Origin: Amphiscolops sp. MND2022
Taxonomy: Eukaryota
Length of the DNA stretch: 64,000 nucleotides
Direction: 5' to 3'
NCBI GenBank assembly: GCA_964187785.1
Contig: OZ076409.1
Coordinates: 67,148,001-67,212,000, forward strand
Position numbers and translations under genes: made by a program. Of this stretch, positions 26,360 through 39,757 are shown piece after piece. Each line of letters opens with the position of its first letter. Positions within the stretch are counted from its first letter, which is position 1. The notes under the pieces were generated by a model. That model was not told the origin of the DNA, searched no databases, and saw only the letters and a list, made by a program, of their open reading frames with translations.

Positions 26360-26974
26360 GTGAGACTTTCAATTTTTGATCAACAAAGACTGGGTATTTA
26401 AGGATAATAAATGTTGAATCTAAAAGGGTTGAGAAACCATTTGAAACTTATTAACAATCAATTATAGAACCAAAGAACAATCGGTTGAGAAAAGGTAGAA
26501 TAGAGCATTCACTTTCGCAAAATTGGACTATTTGGTCGAAAAATTAGACAATGAATATAACAAGCTATTTAAAAACTATTGCAAACAAAATATCGCACCA
26601 ACAGTTGGAATCAGTTTAAGATGCATCTACAAGAAAATCCATCAGATATAGCATAACTTTCATGAACTATTTCTAAAACGTTAGCACTTCCTATTTTAGT
26701 CCCTGTGTTTAGATCTTGGATAATAATAAGCGCTGACACTGAATGCTGGTCAAAATCTCCAAGTCAACCTCCGTAGAACGAATTCAAGACAGGTTGTTTA
26801 AAGTCAGGCTGCTGCAACCATCTCCCACCCCTTTCGTGGAAAATGTATAATATCATCGCCAAAATTAACAGCAATCCTCATGTAGCTCACCTGGATTTAG
26901 AATGCTGTTGGAATACTGACTTGATAATATTGACTAGAAATGGCTGAAACGAACGAGCCAGGGTGTTTTTTTAG

Positions 26975-27230
26975 ATTCAGAACAAACGAGATTGTTCAGA
27001 CGAGAGTAACAAAGTGGCAGTGTGTGACTTACAGAAGGCGTGTGGGTTCGGCTGCCAATTACATCACATGACATGGTGCTCTATCCTTAGTTTCGGCCTC
27101 AACAGGACTATGGTGCTAGACGACAACAATTGGAGTTACTCCAAACACGGCTGGAAGCAACTGTTTCAGCCCATATCAAACTGCACATACAAATACATCA
27201 AAGAGCAAGGACTAATGCCTACCATTACAG
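26975..27230 (+). CDS. FUT8: FUT8 exon 2
   Basis: KACGFGCQLHH motif (FUT8 KGCGYGCQLHH); tttttag acceptor, G|GTACTT donor. Confidence 0.92.
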
Positions 27231-27394
27231 GTACTTGGCACACACACTCATCAAGGCTTGATCATAAAACTTTTTTGCAGAGTTTCAACTTTCTGCCAAA
27301 AAAGAATTTTTTGCGAAGTTAACGCGTCGAAATATAAAACTTAAATGACGAAAAACTTGGGAAATTTGATGAAATTCAGTTGATTTTTTTTCAG

Positions 27395-27600
27395 GAAAAG
27401 GTAAAGACCCCTTCTTAGCCAATAGCCGTATTATCCGTATACCTATTGTGGACAAGTTCGCAAGGAATACGCCTGCAGTCTTCCTGCCAAAAATACCTCG
27501 AGAATGGGCCAAAAAGATGTCACATTGTCATTCGAACCCCGTGGTGTGGTATGCATCCCACTTCATTCACTACAACATACGACCCAACGCCAAGCTAAAG
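27395..27600 (+). CDS. FUT8: FUT8 exon 3
   Basis: HSNPVVWYASHFIHYNIRP resembles HGDPAVWWVSQFVKYLIRP; canonical splice sites, phase compatible. Confidence 0.9.
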
Positions 27601-27996
27601 GTGCGCAGAGAGATATGTATCCTTTTTTACTTCCTGATTTTGAAAAAAAGCCAGGGGTTAAAACTGAATCTAGAGGGACGTTCATTCGAGAGTAAATCGT
27701 AAATATATACAATGTTTATTTGTCTAAAACAGCAATCGAATCGGCATCTTGGATGTCTAGTCAATTACCACCAGCTCATCAACGCCTAAAATGTACAGGA
27801 GAGCTAGAGCAAAAATGTAAACTCCAGTGAACTTGGTTCATTTCGTGATTTCTTGGTTCAAATAAGATTCATTAATCTGCTGGACTTTTTCAAGAAATAA
27901 AATTTTTGGAAACAAAATTTTCGCTCAGAGGAATTATTGTGGTGAACTGAAGCATGTTCTTCTTAAAACGTGGATATTCGATTTTGTTGTCTGCAG

Positions 27997-28183
27997 CAAC
28001 ACATAGAAGAACAGACGGCAAAATACAACATGTCATCCAAGCACTTCGGCATTCACGTGAGAAGGTCAGACAAAATCACCGAGGCCAGTTATCATGACCT
28101 TTGGGAGTACATGGAGTTCGTGAAGGCAATCAGATATAAATTCAACAACACCAAACATCACATTGACAACCACGTTTACTTAG
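27997..28183 (+). CDS. FUT8: FUT8 exon 4 (GDP-fucose-binding motif)
   Basis: GIHVRRSDKITEA resembles GVHVRRTDKVGTEA; ctgcag acceptor, G|GTTATA donor. Confidence 0.93.
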
Positions 28184-28850
28184 GTTATACCACTCACAAT
28201 TTATCCTTCGCCGTTATTTTATTTCTAAGCCACGTGTTTTTAAGGTAATTTGTTTCTTACGAAACTGATTTTTATTCATTTCTGAGCTAATTAATAAAGA
28301 CAGTACAATTGGACATACTGTTTCTGATCTAAATTAACGCACTTTTAAGTAGCTTTGAGCAACGGCGTTCAAAGAACGTCATCGCAAAAACTAAGCTGAA
28401 AAATATTCAGCCTTCTTTTGAAAAATTAATCGAATTACGCGCCTTTTCCGCTGAAACGTTTCAGAAGACACGCCTTAGTTTCAGAAGCATAAAAAAATTA
28501 TTAAGCACGAAGGCCATTGTGAAAAACTGGCAGGTGAAGATAATGACGCATTTCGAAGCAATGAAAGTATTAAAACAGTTAAATTCTCTCAACACTATAA
28601 GAACTCATACTCAATGCGAACTTCCAAAAATTGAAAAATTGATAAGTATCGAAATGGGCGGACATCAAAAGTTCACCAAAACTGTTTCTTCGTTGTCTAT
28701 CTCTCAATTTAAATAACATGTATTTGGTTTTTAGGTCTAATCTTAAGCATGAATCTGCAGAGCAAAAACTATTCTGAAAATTCTCAAAACTTAATGCTAT
28801 GAAAAAACTTGAACTTTGACCCAGCCAACTGAGAATGATTTTCATTTCAG

Positions 28851-29074
28851 CCACAGACGAGCCGGCAGTGCTGGACAAAGAGACAGCTAATTTCACAAAC
28901 TACAAGTTCTTCGGGGACAGGATGGTGGCCAGAAGGGCGGGCATGGGAACAGCCAGGTACGGGGAGGGCAATGTCATCTGGGTGCTGACAGACCTCATCT
29001 TTCTATCCCGCTCTCACTACCTCGTCTGCACGTTCTCTTCTCAAATATGCAGGGTCGCTTACGAAATGATGCAG
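28851..29074 (+). CDS. FUT8: FUT8 exon 5
   Basis: (VYL)ATDEP and YLVCTFSSQICRVAYEMMQ motifs. Confidence 0.95.
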
Positions 29075-30665
29075 GTACATGTACATCCATAATGACAACA
29101 CTTGTAAAAGATCCTTTCAATACCTCTTGACATGGTTCACATAAATGCTCATTCTGAATCAAAACGCTGTTATCTCTCAACACATAAGGTCGACTAGACA
29201 TGACCGAAGGTACCCCGTGAAACGGTTGGAGGAAGTAGCGTCTAAAAAAACAACGTCCAAAACCAGTTGAAAAACGTCGAAGACTATTGGAATTAAAGTC
29301 CTAGGAGGTCTTCTAAAGAATTAATTTGAAAAGTAAAACCGATCGAAAAATTTGTTGTATGACTCGGTCTTCCTCCTTCCAAGAGGAGAGGGGGCTTCAG
29401 GTTAGCATTGGTCAAAGCCAGCCACCAGACCGGTAAAGGCACGTCGCTCCGCTTCCGTTCTGCATTTAGGGTACTGGAGGTATGTGACCGCGGCAGATCA
29501 CGATTGCCTTCGTTGAACGTTATTTACTAACAAAACTTTTGGACAATATTTAATTTACCGTCCCCGGTTGAACTTACAGGCTCATTTCTGTAGAGGACCA
29601 TTTTTTACTTCCATGATTGTCAAATCAATATTGCAATCACAAAAAGTGACATAAGTTCATTCCCATAATTCAAACTAATTCTTACGGTTCCATGGAAAGG
29701 TGATTTTCAAATTTACTCATGGTATGATGTCGCAGCGAGGGTATCCAAAATTCACCTGTGAGTCTGATCAACACATATTGAAATCTGTTGGTCTTAAAAA
29801 ACTGAATTTGCGACAAAGGGAGACTGTTAAATGAAAGGGAGACCAGATTGAAAGATTAGATATCTGGCGTTTGGCCTTGTTTGCATTAAAGAATTAAATT
29901 TCAGCTTGTGAAAAATAGTTTTTCACATTGTCTTGTTTATTCAAAACTCGTTCAAGAGCCATTATGAAATTTTTATGATGGTTTATTTTATTGCATTGTT
30001 CGAAAGGTAAACGTAAAGCCAAGTATATTTATCATTCAAAATGAAAGCTAAACAGTTTTTATTCATAAAGTCTAATTTCGGCAATCAATTTAGTTTGAAA
30101 GATGCATACAAGGATGCCTGGCAATTCGACGTTGTCAAAGTTTTGGGCTTTTGAAATAATTGTAGCAGGTGAAACATTAGAGCACATTTGGTCGAAAGGA
30201 AAACGGTAATGAAAAGTGCCTTTCATATTGATCAGGTGCTGAGCCATTTCAAAAATAGATTCGAAGCTATTCCGCTCACTATATACCATTACATTCTAGA
30301 CCGACGATTAGTTTGTAGAGAGTATTAAGTCCCAAAGCTAAAACAACTAATATTACGGCGGCTAATTCACAGCCTAGTCAAATCCCTCGGACTAAGAGTA
30401 TATTAACAGCGCAATATCCAAGTTTCTTAAGAAATGTATCGAATTTAACTTTTATGTACGAAAATCGAAATACAGAAATAATAGAAGCTAACAAGCATAC
30501 ACGTGCTACGAACATAATTTTTTTCGTCGCTGAACTCTTGTGAAAATAATTTTTCAAATATCAATTTAGAGCATGGCAAAACTATTGATTAAATTTAAAA
30601 AACAAACGCGGCTGAAAAACTTTGAGGCGGAAACTGATTTTGAAAAATGGCTGGAATGTTTCAAG

Positions 30666-30860
30666 TTCTACCGGAGGACAGAAGACGCAGGATGGCGCTA
30701 TCAGTCACTGGACGACTTCTACTACTTCGGAGGACAGGGTGTCCGCTCCTGGTACGCCACCACTGACCACCAGGTGTTACCGGGCATGAAGAATCAGATC
30801 GCACTCAAGAAGGGCGAACGCCTCAAAGTGCATGGCAACCACTGGAACGGGTTCTCCAAG
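30666..30860 (+). CDS. FUT8: FUT8 exon 6 (start of SH3 domain)
   Basis: SLDDFYYFGGQ and GNHWNGFSK motifs; AAG acceptor so the 5' boundary is less sure. Confidence 0.9.
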
Positions 30861-31569
30861 GTTTATACAATGATTGCTTGATGAAAATTAACACGAAAGT
30901 AGACACAAAATCATAATCCATGACTCGCCGAGCATTGAATCCCTATGAACAGTGCCCCAGGAAAAGGGAATCTTTCAAAATTATCGAAATATATTTATAA
31001 CGTTTACGAAATAAGTTAAAAGCAAATAGAACAATGAAGATGTACTAAGAATTCGCACCAATCTCTTGATTACCATAAACTAGCAATTGCTATGAAGCAC
31101 TAGCTGAGTAACGTCAGATAAGAAAATTCAATTTTAGCACCCAAAACATTATACCGGGACCGGGTAACAAAACGAAAAATAGTTTTTTACCTGAGACTTT
31201 AAGAACTCTTCTATTTATTTACAGAGCTAATGTTTCCCGTTCATTTGTTCTGACTATCCAAGTTATCGTCATTTTCACTGCAATTATATTGGTATCCTAA
31301 AATAAATTAGTTGCAAAAGTCAATTTTGGTTCTCTTATATCAGCTTTCAGATGAGAATTTGCTTGAAAGTTTATAATTCTAGGAATTTTAAATAAGTGGA
31401 TCTTTCTGCGAACAGGAAAACTTTGAAAGTCAAACTGTTAACCATATTCCAAAGTAACATTTTTGATCAAATCTATAGTCTGAAATTACTTTGGATTTTA
31501 CAGATGGTATGATTAGAATTCAAAGTACAGTATTGGCTATTTCCTAATGGAAACCTTTTTTTTTCGTAG

Positions 31570-31662
31570 GTTTCAAGGCTGGACAAGACGCCACAAGAAC
31601 AAGGAATAGTTCCGTCCTTCAAAACACGACCATCGCTGCCTATGTTCGATTTGGAGAGATGA
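31570..31662 (+). CDS. FUT8: FUT8 exon 7 (SH3 end, stop)
   Basis: tttttcgtag acceptor; QGIVPSFK resembles TGLYPSYK; TGA at 31660-31662; summed CDS 1671 nt (556 aa). Confidence 0.85.
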   Translation, partial: VSRLDKTPQEQGIVPSFKTRPSLPMFDLER

Positions 31663-32021
31663 CAAAAATGGAGCTAGCTGCTAGCTAGTACTCACTAGAG
31701 CGGGAGTATTGAAACACCAGTATTGCCCAAGAAAGATCTCAGTAAAAATTATCACAGCTGTTGCCACAATTCACAATAAGAGTACCAAAATTACGTGCTT
31801 CAACACCAATCTTGATGAATTTTCTAATTTGTATTCTTCAATGCTTAATGCGTTTTTATCTATTAAAACTTCTTATTTGTTGAACAATGATTATAATTAT
31901 AACCAAGTGTATAAAATTGAGACGCATGACTTGTTTTCCTGGTTTCACAAGAAGTTGCTGCTCTGACTTTGCACACTAAGGTTTTCCGAAACGCGCTGCT
32001 GTGGCGGGCGATTTGAATTGA

Positions 32022-33676
32022 AACAAGCCGGGAACGGCCCAAAGGCTCTCAAAATAGCAAAAGGCTTCAAAGTGTCAAGTATTCTCTTCTACAGTAACCG
32101 AAAAACCCAAAAGTCCGAATTGGCGCGCCCTTTCCGATTTTTTAACATCCATTCTGTTGCAAAATATCAAAAAAATTGAACCGGGACTCTTTGAAGACAT
32201 TAAAAATATTTCGAAAAGTCTCACAATGCCGAATAAAAATTAAAGGGGGCCTTTGTGATTTTTGAACATCCGAACTTTAAAAACGCTACATCCGAACTTT
32301 GAAACGTTAACGTTATATCCGAGCTTTGAAAACGTTACATCCGATCTTTGAAAACGTTACATCCGAACTCTTTGAAAACGTTAAACCCGAACATTGAAAA
32401 CGTTAAACCTGAACTTTGAAAACATTACATCCGAACTTGAAAACGTTACATCCGAACTTTGAAACATAACCGAATTAAAATCCTCTCGGTTAAAAAGTTG
32501 AACAAATGAACAAAAAGTGGACCCATCGCGTTGAACAGACGAAAAAACTAGCTACTGTAAAAATCGTGTTTTTAGTCGGCGCTTTTCTAGGGTAAAGTGC
32601 CCGACTCTTACAGTGGCTAGTTTTTTTTAGTGGGCGCTTTTCTAGGGAAAAGTGCCCGACTCTTACAGTGGCTAGTTTTTTTCGTCAGACCCCAGACCTC
32701 ATCGCGTATGTACCACTTTTTACAGACTTCACTCTCGCTCACATGTACTCGTCAGTACTCGGTTTACGGTGAACCCAGCGGTCACGGGTTCGAGTCCTTG
32801 CTTCAGCCAGAAAATTTCTCGAGCAATTTTTTTTTCGACACTGTGCGACTCTTTCAATTTTTTTCGGCACTGTGCGATTTTTTCGAAATTTTTTTGTCGC
32901 CAAAGGGTCCCCCTTCAAGTTTTTTGATATTTTGCAGCAAACTGAAGTTTCAAAAAGCACAATGGTCCCCCCTTTCTAGTTTTTCGGCACTATAAGACTG
33001 TTTCAAAAATCTCATTTAGTTTTTTTTCGAAAATTTTTCCAAAAAAATTATATTTTTTAAATGTCTCCAAAGGGTCCCCCCTCAACTTTTTTGATATTTT
33101 GCAACAGACTGGATTTTCAAAAAGTCGAAAGGGTCCCCCTATAACAAATTTAAAAAAATTGCGCTTTTTTGAGCCTTAGATATAACGCCGACTTTAGACG
33201 TTCCCGTCTTGTTTTTTTCGTCAGACTACAATCTCACTCTGATTGGGCCACTTTTCTTACAATCGAAACTACTAAAATTACTACCATTAGGCCAAGTCCG
33301 GTCAGCGGAAATTAGTGCAAAAGGGTCCCCCCTTTATTTTTTACTATTTGAACGAAACCTACAAAACCGGACGAGACTATAGGGTCCCCCCTTTCGATTT
33401 TTTCGGCATTGTGCGACTTTTTTTCGAAAATTTTTTAATGTCTCAAAAGAGTCCCCCTTCGAGTTTTTTTTATATTTTGCAACAGAATATATGTTAATGA
33501 AGCCCAAAGGGTCCCCCCTTTTACATTTTTCGGCACTATGTGACATTTTCTGAAAGAAAAAGATTCAAAAATTTCAAGTTTTTTTTTCAAAAGAAGTCTT
33601 TTGCGCTTTTTGAGCCTTAGATATAGCGCCGACTTTAGACGTTCACGTCTTGTTCTTCGAAAACGTCGACTAAAAA
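32022..33676. mobile_element. Cluster of nested family-A Helentron-like elements (minus-strand host with plus-strand inserts at 32568-33654)
   Basis: Host ends at 32022 and 33676; two inserted 3' ends at 33213 and 33654. Confidence 0.75.
32266..32470 (+). repeat. Minisatellite, ~22-bp unit ACATCCGAACTTTGAAAACGTT, about 9 copies
   Basis: Directly visible tandem array inside a family-A element. Confidence 0.9.
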
Positions 33677-34285
33677 TAGGCCCCCGCGGGGCACAGTAAT
33701 ATTTCTGCTTTTTGGACTTTCATGTTCATTAATAGAAGCATATCTGGAATAACTAAACACTCCTGTTTAACCATTATATAGCGCACAATGAATCACTGTA
33801 CCAGTTTACAACGCCTTTACTTTTTTAGGTCTACAGAAATATAACTACTAAAAGCGTAGACTAAGTATCGTATTCGCATTTGCATCCAGACGAAGCTCTC
33901 TGCGAACAAATAATTAACACTCGTTCGCTTCATTTTCATAACTCGGCGTACGAAAGCATAATTACGCACATTCGCTCGCTTCATCTCAATGATGAATGCG
34001 GTGTACGAATGCATAATTACCACTCGCTTGTTTCATCGTACGAGAAACGAATTGTCGTCGACAGCTTGAGAAATTTAAATCTCACGCTTTTACTCACTGC
34101 CGAACAAAATATCTGAAATTTTCAGTAGGTACTCAAATCGCGTACAAAATTTTGACTGCAAAAAGTTACAAAGTTCAGATTTCAAAACCATTCCTGATAT
34201 CGCAGAAATAATAAAAATTATTGTAGATCTATATATTCCTTTCAAGTTTGAACTTGTACACTGCTTTTTATAAGGAAAGCATTGG

Positions 34286-34818
34286 TTTTTAGTCGGCGCT
34301 TCATGAAGTGAAACGCGACTATTATAGTGACGTTTTTCCAATCCACACGAACTGACCAAAATAGTTTTATGTTTTTTCGCGTAACATACAGTATCAGAAG
34401 ATTCTAAAGGATCCCCCATTTCGGATTTTTTCGGCATTGAGACTTTTTTTTGAAAAAAAATTTCCCCCAAAGCGTCCCCCTTCAATTTTTTGATCTTCTG
34501 CGACAGAATGGATGTTGAAAAGTCTCAAAGGGTCCCCCTTTTCAGTTTTTTCGGCATTGTAAGACTTTTTTCGAGAAAAAAAATTTATCATGAAAGGGTC
34601 CAAGGGTCCCCCCTTCAATTTTTAGATGTTTTCCAACGATGGATGTTAAAAATTCGAAAGGATCCCCCGTTTCGCGCACCGGAGGCCCAAATCGGTCAAA
34701 CTTTATGGTTTTTCAGGTACTGAATACTTGTAAAGTAAGGAATACTTGACAGTTTGAAGTCCTTTTGCTATTTCTGAGCCTCAGATATGGCGCCGACTTA
34801 TGCCGTTCCCGACTTGTT
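34286..34818 (+). mobile_element. Family-A Helentron-like element
   Basis: AGTCGGCGC ... GCGCCGACTTATGCCGTTCCCGACTTGTT. Confidence 0.75.
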
Positions 34819-36310
34819 TCTTATATAAAGGAAATTCAGTGCTTTTTCATAATCATGCATTTTCACCCTGTCGTTATGCATGTCTAGTTGGCGTTAACAT
34901 GAAGAAAATTTGTGTTCATCAGTCAGCTCGGCCCATTTGAAGCATTTCTGCAACTGGCTTCACAGATAAAGTTTCGAAATCTCAACAATCATTTTCACAA
35001 GAGTTTTCCGGATAAAATTAATTCATACAGAACTGCAGTAAGCTTATCTTCCAATTAAAGACGTTTATCGGAAGCGCAGTTATTCTGAGATGCTTTGTTT
35101 TCTCAATGAGTGCATCGAAACACCGTGAGAGTTTGACAGAGGGTCTTTTGAAGGACAAAAGCTAATTGTTTGGCCGTCAAAAGATATTTCAACGAATTTT
35201 AACCAGACCAAACACGGTTTAAGAAAACTTGCAATAATGAAATTTTATGAAAAATCGAAATGATCAAACGAGAATACTCTTATAATCCAAAAGTACTTTC
35301 AGTCTACACACACTAAGGTAACAAAAAGCCAAAGACAATGGATTTGGCTAACAATAATTTTTAAAGCACAAAAACTTTCAATTTTACAACGTCCCAAGAC
35401 CAAAAGTGTCTCCAATTGTAATCAGAATTGAAACAGTATTTTTTGTTTCGAAGTTGAATAAAAAATTTCAAAGTCAATCGCATGGTATTTTGAGAACAGC
35501 CAAAGACAAATGTAATCCCTTCAAAACAATATTTTACGGGATAAAATTTGAAGAGTTCGAATTTTGTGATCATTTTGCGGTGTAAATTCATAAAGATGGT
35601 GCTTTAAAAAAGGTTGAAGTCAAAAGTTTGTTGCAGGCATTTTGTTACGAACAGCGGTTTGAGATATTGCATGATAAACTTCAGAAACAGCCAAAAGACA
35701 AAAATAGGCTCTGTTGTAACTTCTGTATTGCAACTGATGTGTCGGTGTTGTAACCTCTGTTGTAAAACGTTTCTTGAAAAATTAAACGATATTGCGATTT
35801 GAAATTTTCTGTCAACGAAATCGAATGTCTTTTGGTACTCCAGTGTATTTCGAAAGATGAGCGTTTTGCAAATCGAAAGGACTACAACTGCCTTATTTTT
35901 CAGGAAACAAATCCAGCCGGGAACAACCCAAATTGAGAACTGTTGAACATGCCCAATAGCAGTCGTTTTTCAAACAATCAGGGGTACAATTCAATAACTA
36001 CATTATGGGAGGTCCTATTCCGAGAAATCATTGTTGACTCTCAAGGTTATAATGCTTTCAAGGGAGAAAAAATCATTTCCTAGTTAACTGGACTCAACTT
36101 GAGCTAATTTACCGATGTGACAAAAACTATACCGCAGGTCACCCCTTCGTATATTTTTGTCACTCTGAATGTTATGAAAATGTCTCAATAGCCACACTGA
36201 GTATTTTAATGAGACTTTGAGTCTTAAGCGGTACGTTCCTATCTTGTTGATTCATTTCGCAACAATGAATGAGCACCAACACAATGAGCTAAAAAGTTAT
36301 AATGTGAACT

Positions 36311-36712
36311 AACAAGCCGGGAACGGCATAAGTCGGCGCCATATCCAACGCTGAAAAATAGCAAAAGGACTTCAAAGGGTCAAGTATTCTTTTACAGTAC
36401 CCGAAAAAAATCCAAAAGTTGGACCGAATTGGCGCGCTAAAAGGTGGACCCTTTCGGATTTTTTTACCATCCATTCTGCTGCAGAACATCCAAAAAAATT
36501 GAAGGGGGACCCTTTGAAGACATCAAAATATTTTTCGAAAAAAGTCTCACAATGCCGAAAAAACTGAAAGGGGATTCCTTGTGGCAAATGGTCCAATTTG
36601 ACACCTTAAAGTTTCGTAGAACTTTGTAGAAGTATTTTGGTCAGTTCGTGTGGATTGAAAAAAAACGTCACTAGTATAGTCGCGTTTAACTTCATGAAAC
36701 GCCGACTAAAAA
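36311..36712 (-). mobile_element. Family-A Helentron-like element
   Basis: AACAAGCCGGGAACGGC...AGTCGGCGCC at left, CGCCGACTAAAAA at right. Confidence 0.75.
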
Positions 36713-38265
36713 TTATCCATTGGAACAGGCTGATTTTTTTCACAAAAGTGACGACCAAAAACGAATACTCTCGAAATACGCACCTCTCGATTTACTCAAA
36801 ACTTTTTCAAAATTCGGATAAAACAACAAAAAACGGGATCCAACGAAATCGCGATAATCGGTTTGTCATTCCTCTTGGGCTGAAAACGATTGTGAAATAT
36901 GGGATCCCAGATAAAATCAACGTCAGCGGAACGACTAGTGGTGTTTCTTATAACCGAACATTCTCATATGTGACGTTTAAAAAGGAAATAAATTTTCAGT
37001 CGGGGCCAAGATACGCATTGGTTATAAGCAGGTTTCTTATATCCGGGATCCACTGTATTAAATCTCTTACATTTTCCCCTTCATAAATTCTCAACAAACT
37101 ATCCCAAAAAGAGAATTGAACCCGCGCTCAAATTCCCCGATAAGTAATTTTAGAGCTCAAAGATTAACGGAAACGGAAATTTATTTAATTTTTGAAAGAA
37201 AAAAGTCAAAATAACCGAGATTTAATAATACGATAGATATAGGCAACTTTTAAGTCATTTCCACTATGATGAGACTTTGATTATAGGTTCGAAGAGGTAT
37301 GTTTGCAATCGGAAACACAAGTGATTAAAACTGCTTTGACAAAGCAAGATGAAGGAATTAATTAGAGTTCCGTGATGAACGAGGTACCGGCGAAGCAAAG
37401 GTTCAAAACAAACGTTTTATCGAGCTTCGTGATACTGTGAAAACGACTGAGATGAACAAGATTGGTTATATTCAAAGATAGATTCCGCTTTCGGGATCAG
37501 ATCAAGGCGCTATGAAGAAGCCACTGACCAATCAAACAGCGAACATGACCAAAAAGGATGCCCTCATTTGACCCAACTTAAATTGATCTTTTGGAAACAA
37601 ACTCCTAGGATGAAAGCATCTCAAGGCACTGAAAAATGGATTATGCCCATGATTATACTGCCTGACACGGTAACCAACAATTTTACGAAATTCATGTTTT
37701 CATAAAAAGGTGCAATAGTGTCATTCACTGAACATTTCAACAAAACTCCCGCTAAGCACCCAGATAGTTTAGCTGCATTTCTTTCAGAATTTTGCCGCTT
37801 AAGCTTTTCCACTGTGCTTTTCAGGCAATTCAATTCTACAATTTGGATGATCTTTGAGGATCATTTTCGAGACTTTCGAACATTTGCTGCAGGATTGGAA
37901 AATGGTTTTTAAAAAAGACACGCCTTGAACTTGAGAATTGAAGGCTTTATTAGTTTTTATACCCATTTTTCGCGTTCTCAATGCTATTACAACTGAGTGG
38001 TCATCCAAAATTGGCCAATAATTCGTGTTTGACATCGGACATCGATTTAAGCCATTAAAATCTGAAGTTTCACATACGAAAAAGTTTTAGTAGTACTTAA
38101 AATATGACCAGATTTGACCAAAGCTCTCCGACCAAAATTTTTAAAAATAAATGTTTCAAAGTACAAGTGTTTTTTTAAACCTTTTTGAAAAAGTTTGTTT
38201 TACAGGAATGTTCTGAAGCTGCCAACTTGTGTCAATAAATATATGGCAATTATAATTCGACTTAC

Positions 38266-38682
38266 CATCCGATGAATCTTTCCTTTCTCTATTCATGGTG
38301 TCTGCTTCTGCACTGTCCTCATTGGACACATCAAACGTTTCCTGGTCGTGCAAAGGCGGGCTCTGATCATGGCCTTCATCAATCTGTGAAGGTTCATCTG
38401 TAACTACTTGATCGCACATAATGTTGAACAGTTCCGCAATGAAGAGAATGATAGCTTGTTTAGTCATCTGATTGGGGTAGAGAAAGTCCTCGAGTTCCAG
38501 AAACAAAATTTTCTTCCTCTGGGCTTTTGTTGACAGAGGAAAGGATGCCCTTTGGTTTTGAAACAAGTCGCAGAATTGAAAAACAAGTTTAAGATTACGA
38601 ACTGCGTTGATGGCATTAGATTCTGTTTCGTTAACAAGAGTAGAATCCAAATCGACATCGATTGTTTTCTCGTTTGAAAGCT
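38266..38682 (-). CDS. CAMSAP: CAMSAP/Patronin exon 5 (CH domain C-terminal half)
   Basis: NLKLVFQFC...LEDFLY...ILFIAELF resembles CAMSAP NLQLIQEFC...LEDMLY...VFMAELF; donor G|GTAAGT; acceptor ambiguous (38682 vs 38708). Confidence 0.85.
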
Positions 38683-39651
38683 CTGCAACAATGCCAATAC
38701 CAAACAGTCTTGAAAAAAAAACAGATTCTGCGCGTATTTGCTGCATGACTTTTCAAAAAGAAAAGTCCTTAATTGGGATATTCATCGGAACAGCCTTGAA
38801 ACATGCACAAGGGCACCAGAAAGCTAGACACCGGCAAAATATTCAAAGCGCAATGAATCTTCGAACATGTTTTGACAAAAAAGTCACAGAAGCAGAAGTA
38901 TCTCAACTTTTGATCAGATTGCAATAAAATTTTTGCATTGAAGTCGAAGAGAAACTTCGAGAGGGAAAATATATATCAGGTAATTTTGACATTTTACGAA
39001 TTTCATCATGCACTATCTCCAAAAACAGCTGGTCGTAACAAAGAACGCAGCAAACAATTTACTCTGTTCTCTAACTCTAATTCAACAATTTTTTAGGAAA
39101 CGCTTTAGTTTGGAATTACGCAAGAAGGTAACAAAACTTCAAAGTTTACTTCAATGAAATAGTTGTTTATATTAACGTGGGCGTTTTTAGAAAATGAGTT
39201 CAAGTTAGCAGAATTAAGGATACAAAGTTTGTCACTGAGGTTTTTCGTTCCGACCAGTTTTTGACGAAAATACATGAAATTTAAAAACTCACCAAAAGCG
39301 CGTAAACCAAGTCTAAATAAAGGTCCCAACTTGGAATTTTTAGCACTGAGATTTTTGAAATTTTCCTCAATAACTTTCCCTGAACGTTTCAGAGACTTTG
39401 CTCTTTGTCATGAGGGTCACAGACTTATTTATACCGTTCTCTGCTTGCTAAAGTTTTTTTCGTGGACGGAGTCCCCCTTTTAGTTAAGCCAGAAATCAAA
39501 TTCAGATGAATTATCCAAACCGGGTAAACCGATACTTGGTACTTGGTCTATTCGCACAAAAAATTCAAAAAAATCGACAGGGTACATGTAACGACGTTAA
39601 AGGTATTGTCCATCCCAAGGATTTTTAGAGTTATCTAAAATGAATACCAAC

Positions 39652-39757
39652 TGATAACTGGAATAATGTGTGGGTAGAAACAAGCGATGACAGAAGCGAG
39701 CACAAGACCATCTGAAACTTCGGCAATGTCAAAATACTCCACAAGCTCCTCAATCAC
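39652..39757 (-). CDS. CAMSAP: CAMSAP/Patronin exon 4 (CH domain)
   Basis: Not in the ORF track; reads VIEELVEYFDIAEVSDGLVLASVIACFYPHII, resembling DGCALAALIHFYCP; tttcag acceptor phase 0; donor ambiguous. Confidence 0.8.

Noticed and set aside
26713..26802. Possible extra FUT8 exon ending ERIQDRLFK
   Set aside because: Two in-frame TGA codons; direct exon 1 to exon 2 joining already aligns with FUT8
31695..31870. Minus-strand hydrophobic, receptor-like peptide ending near a GTGAGT donor
   Set aside because: In-frame stop, no acceptor or partner exons; overlaps the probable FUT8 3'UTR
32266..32470. CRISPR-like array
   Set aside because: Head-to-tail minisatellite without unique spacers, eukaryotic context, no cas genes
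37621..38035. Possible LINE endonuclease remnant (DDHSVV)
   Set aside because: A single weak motif is insufficient support
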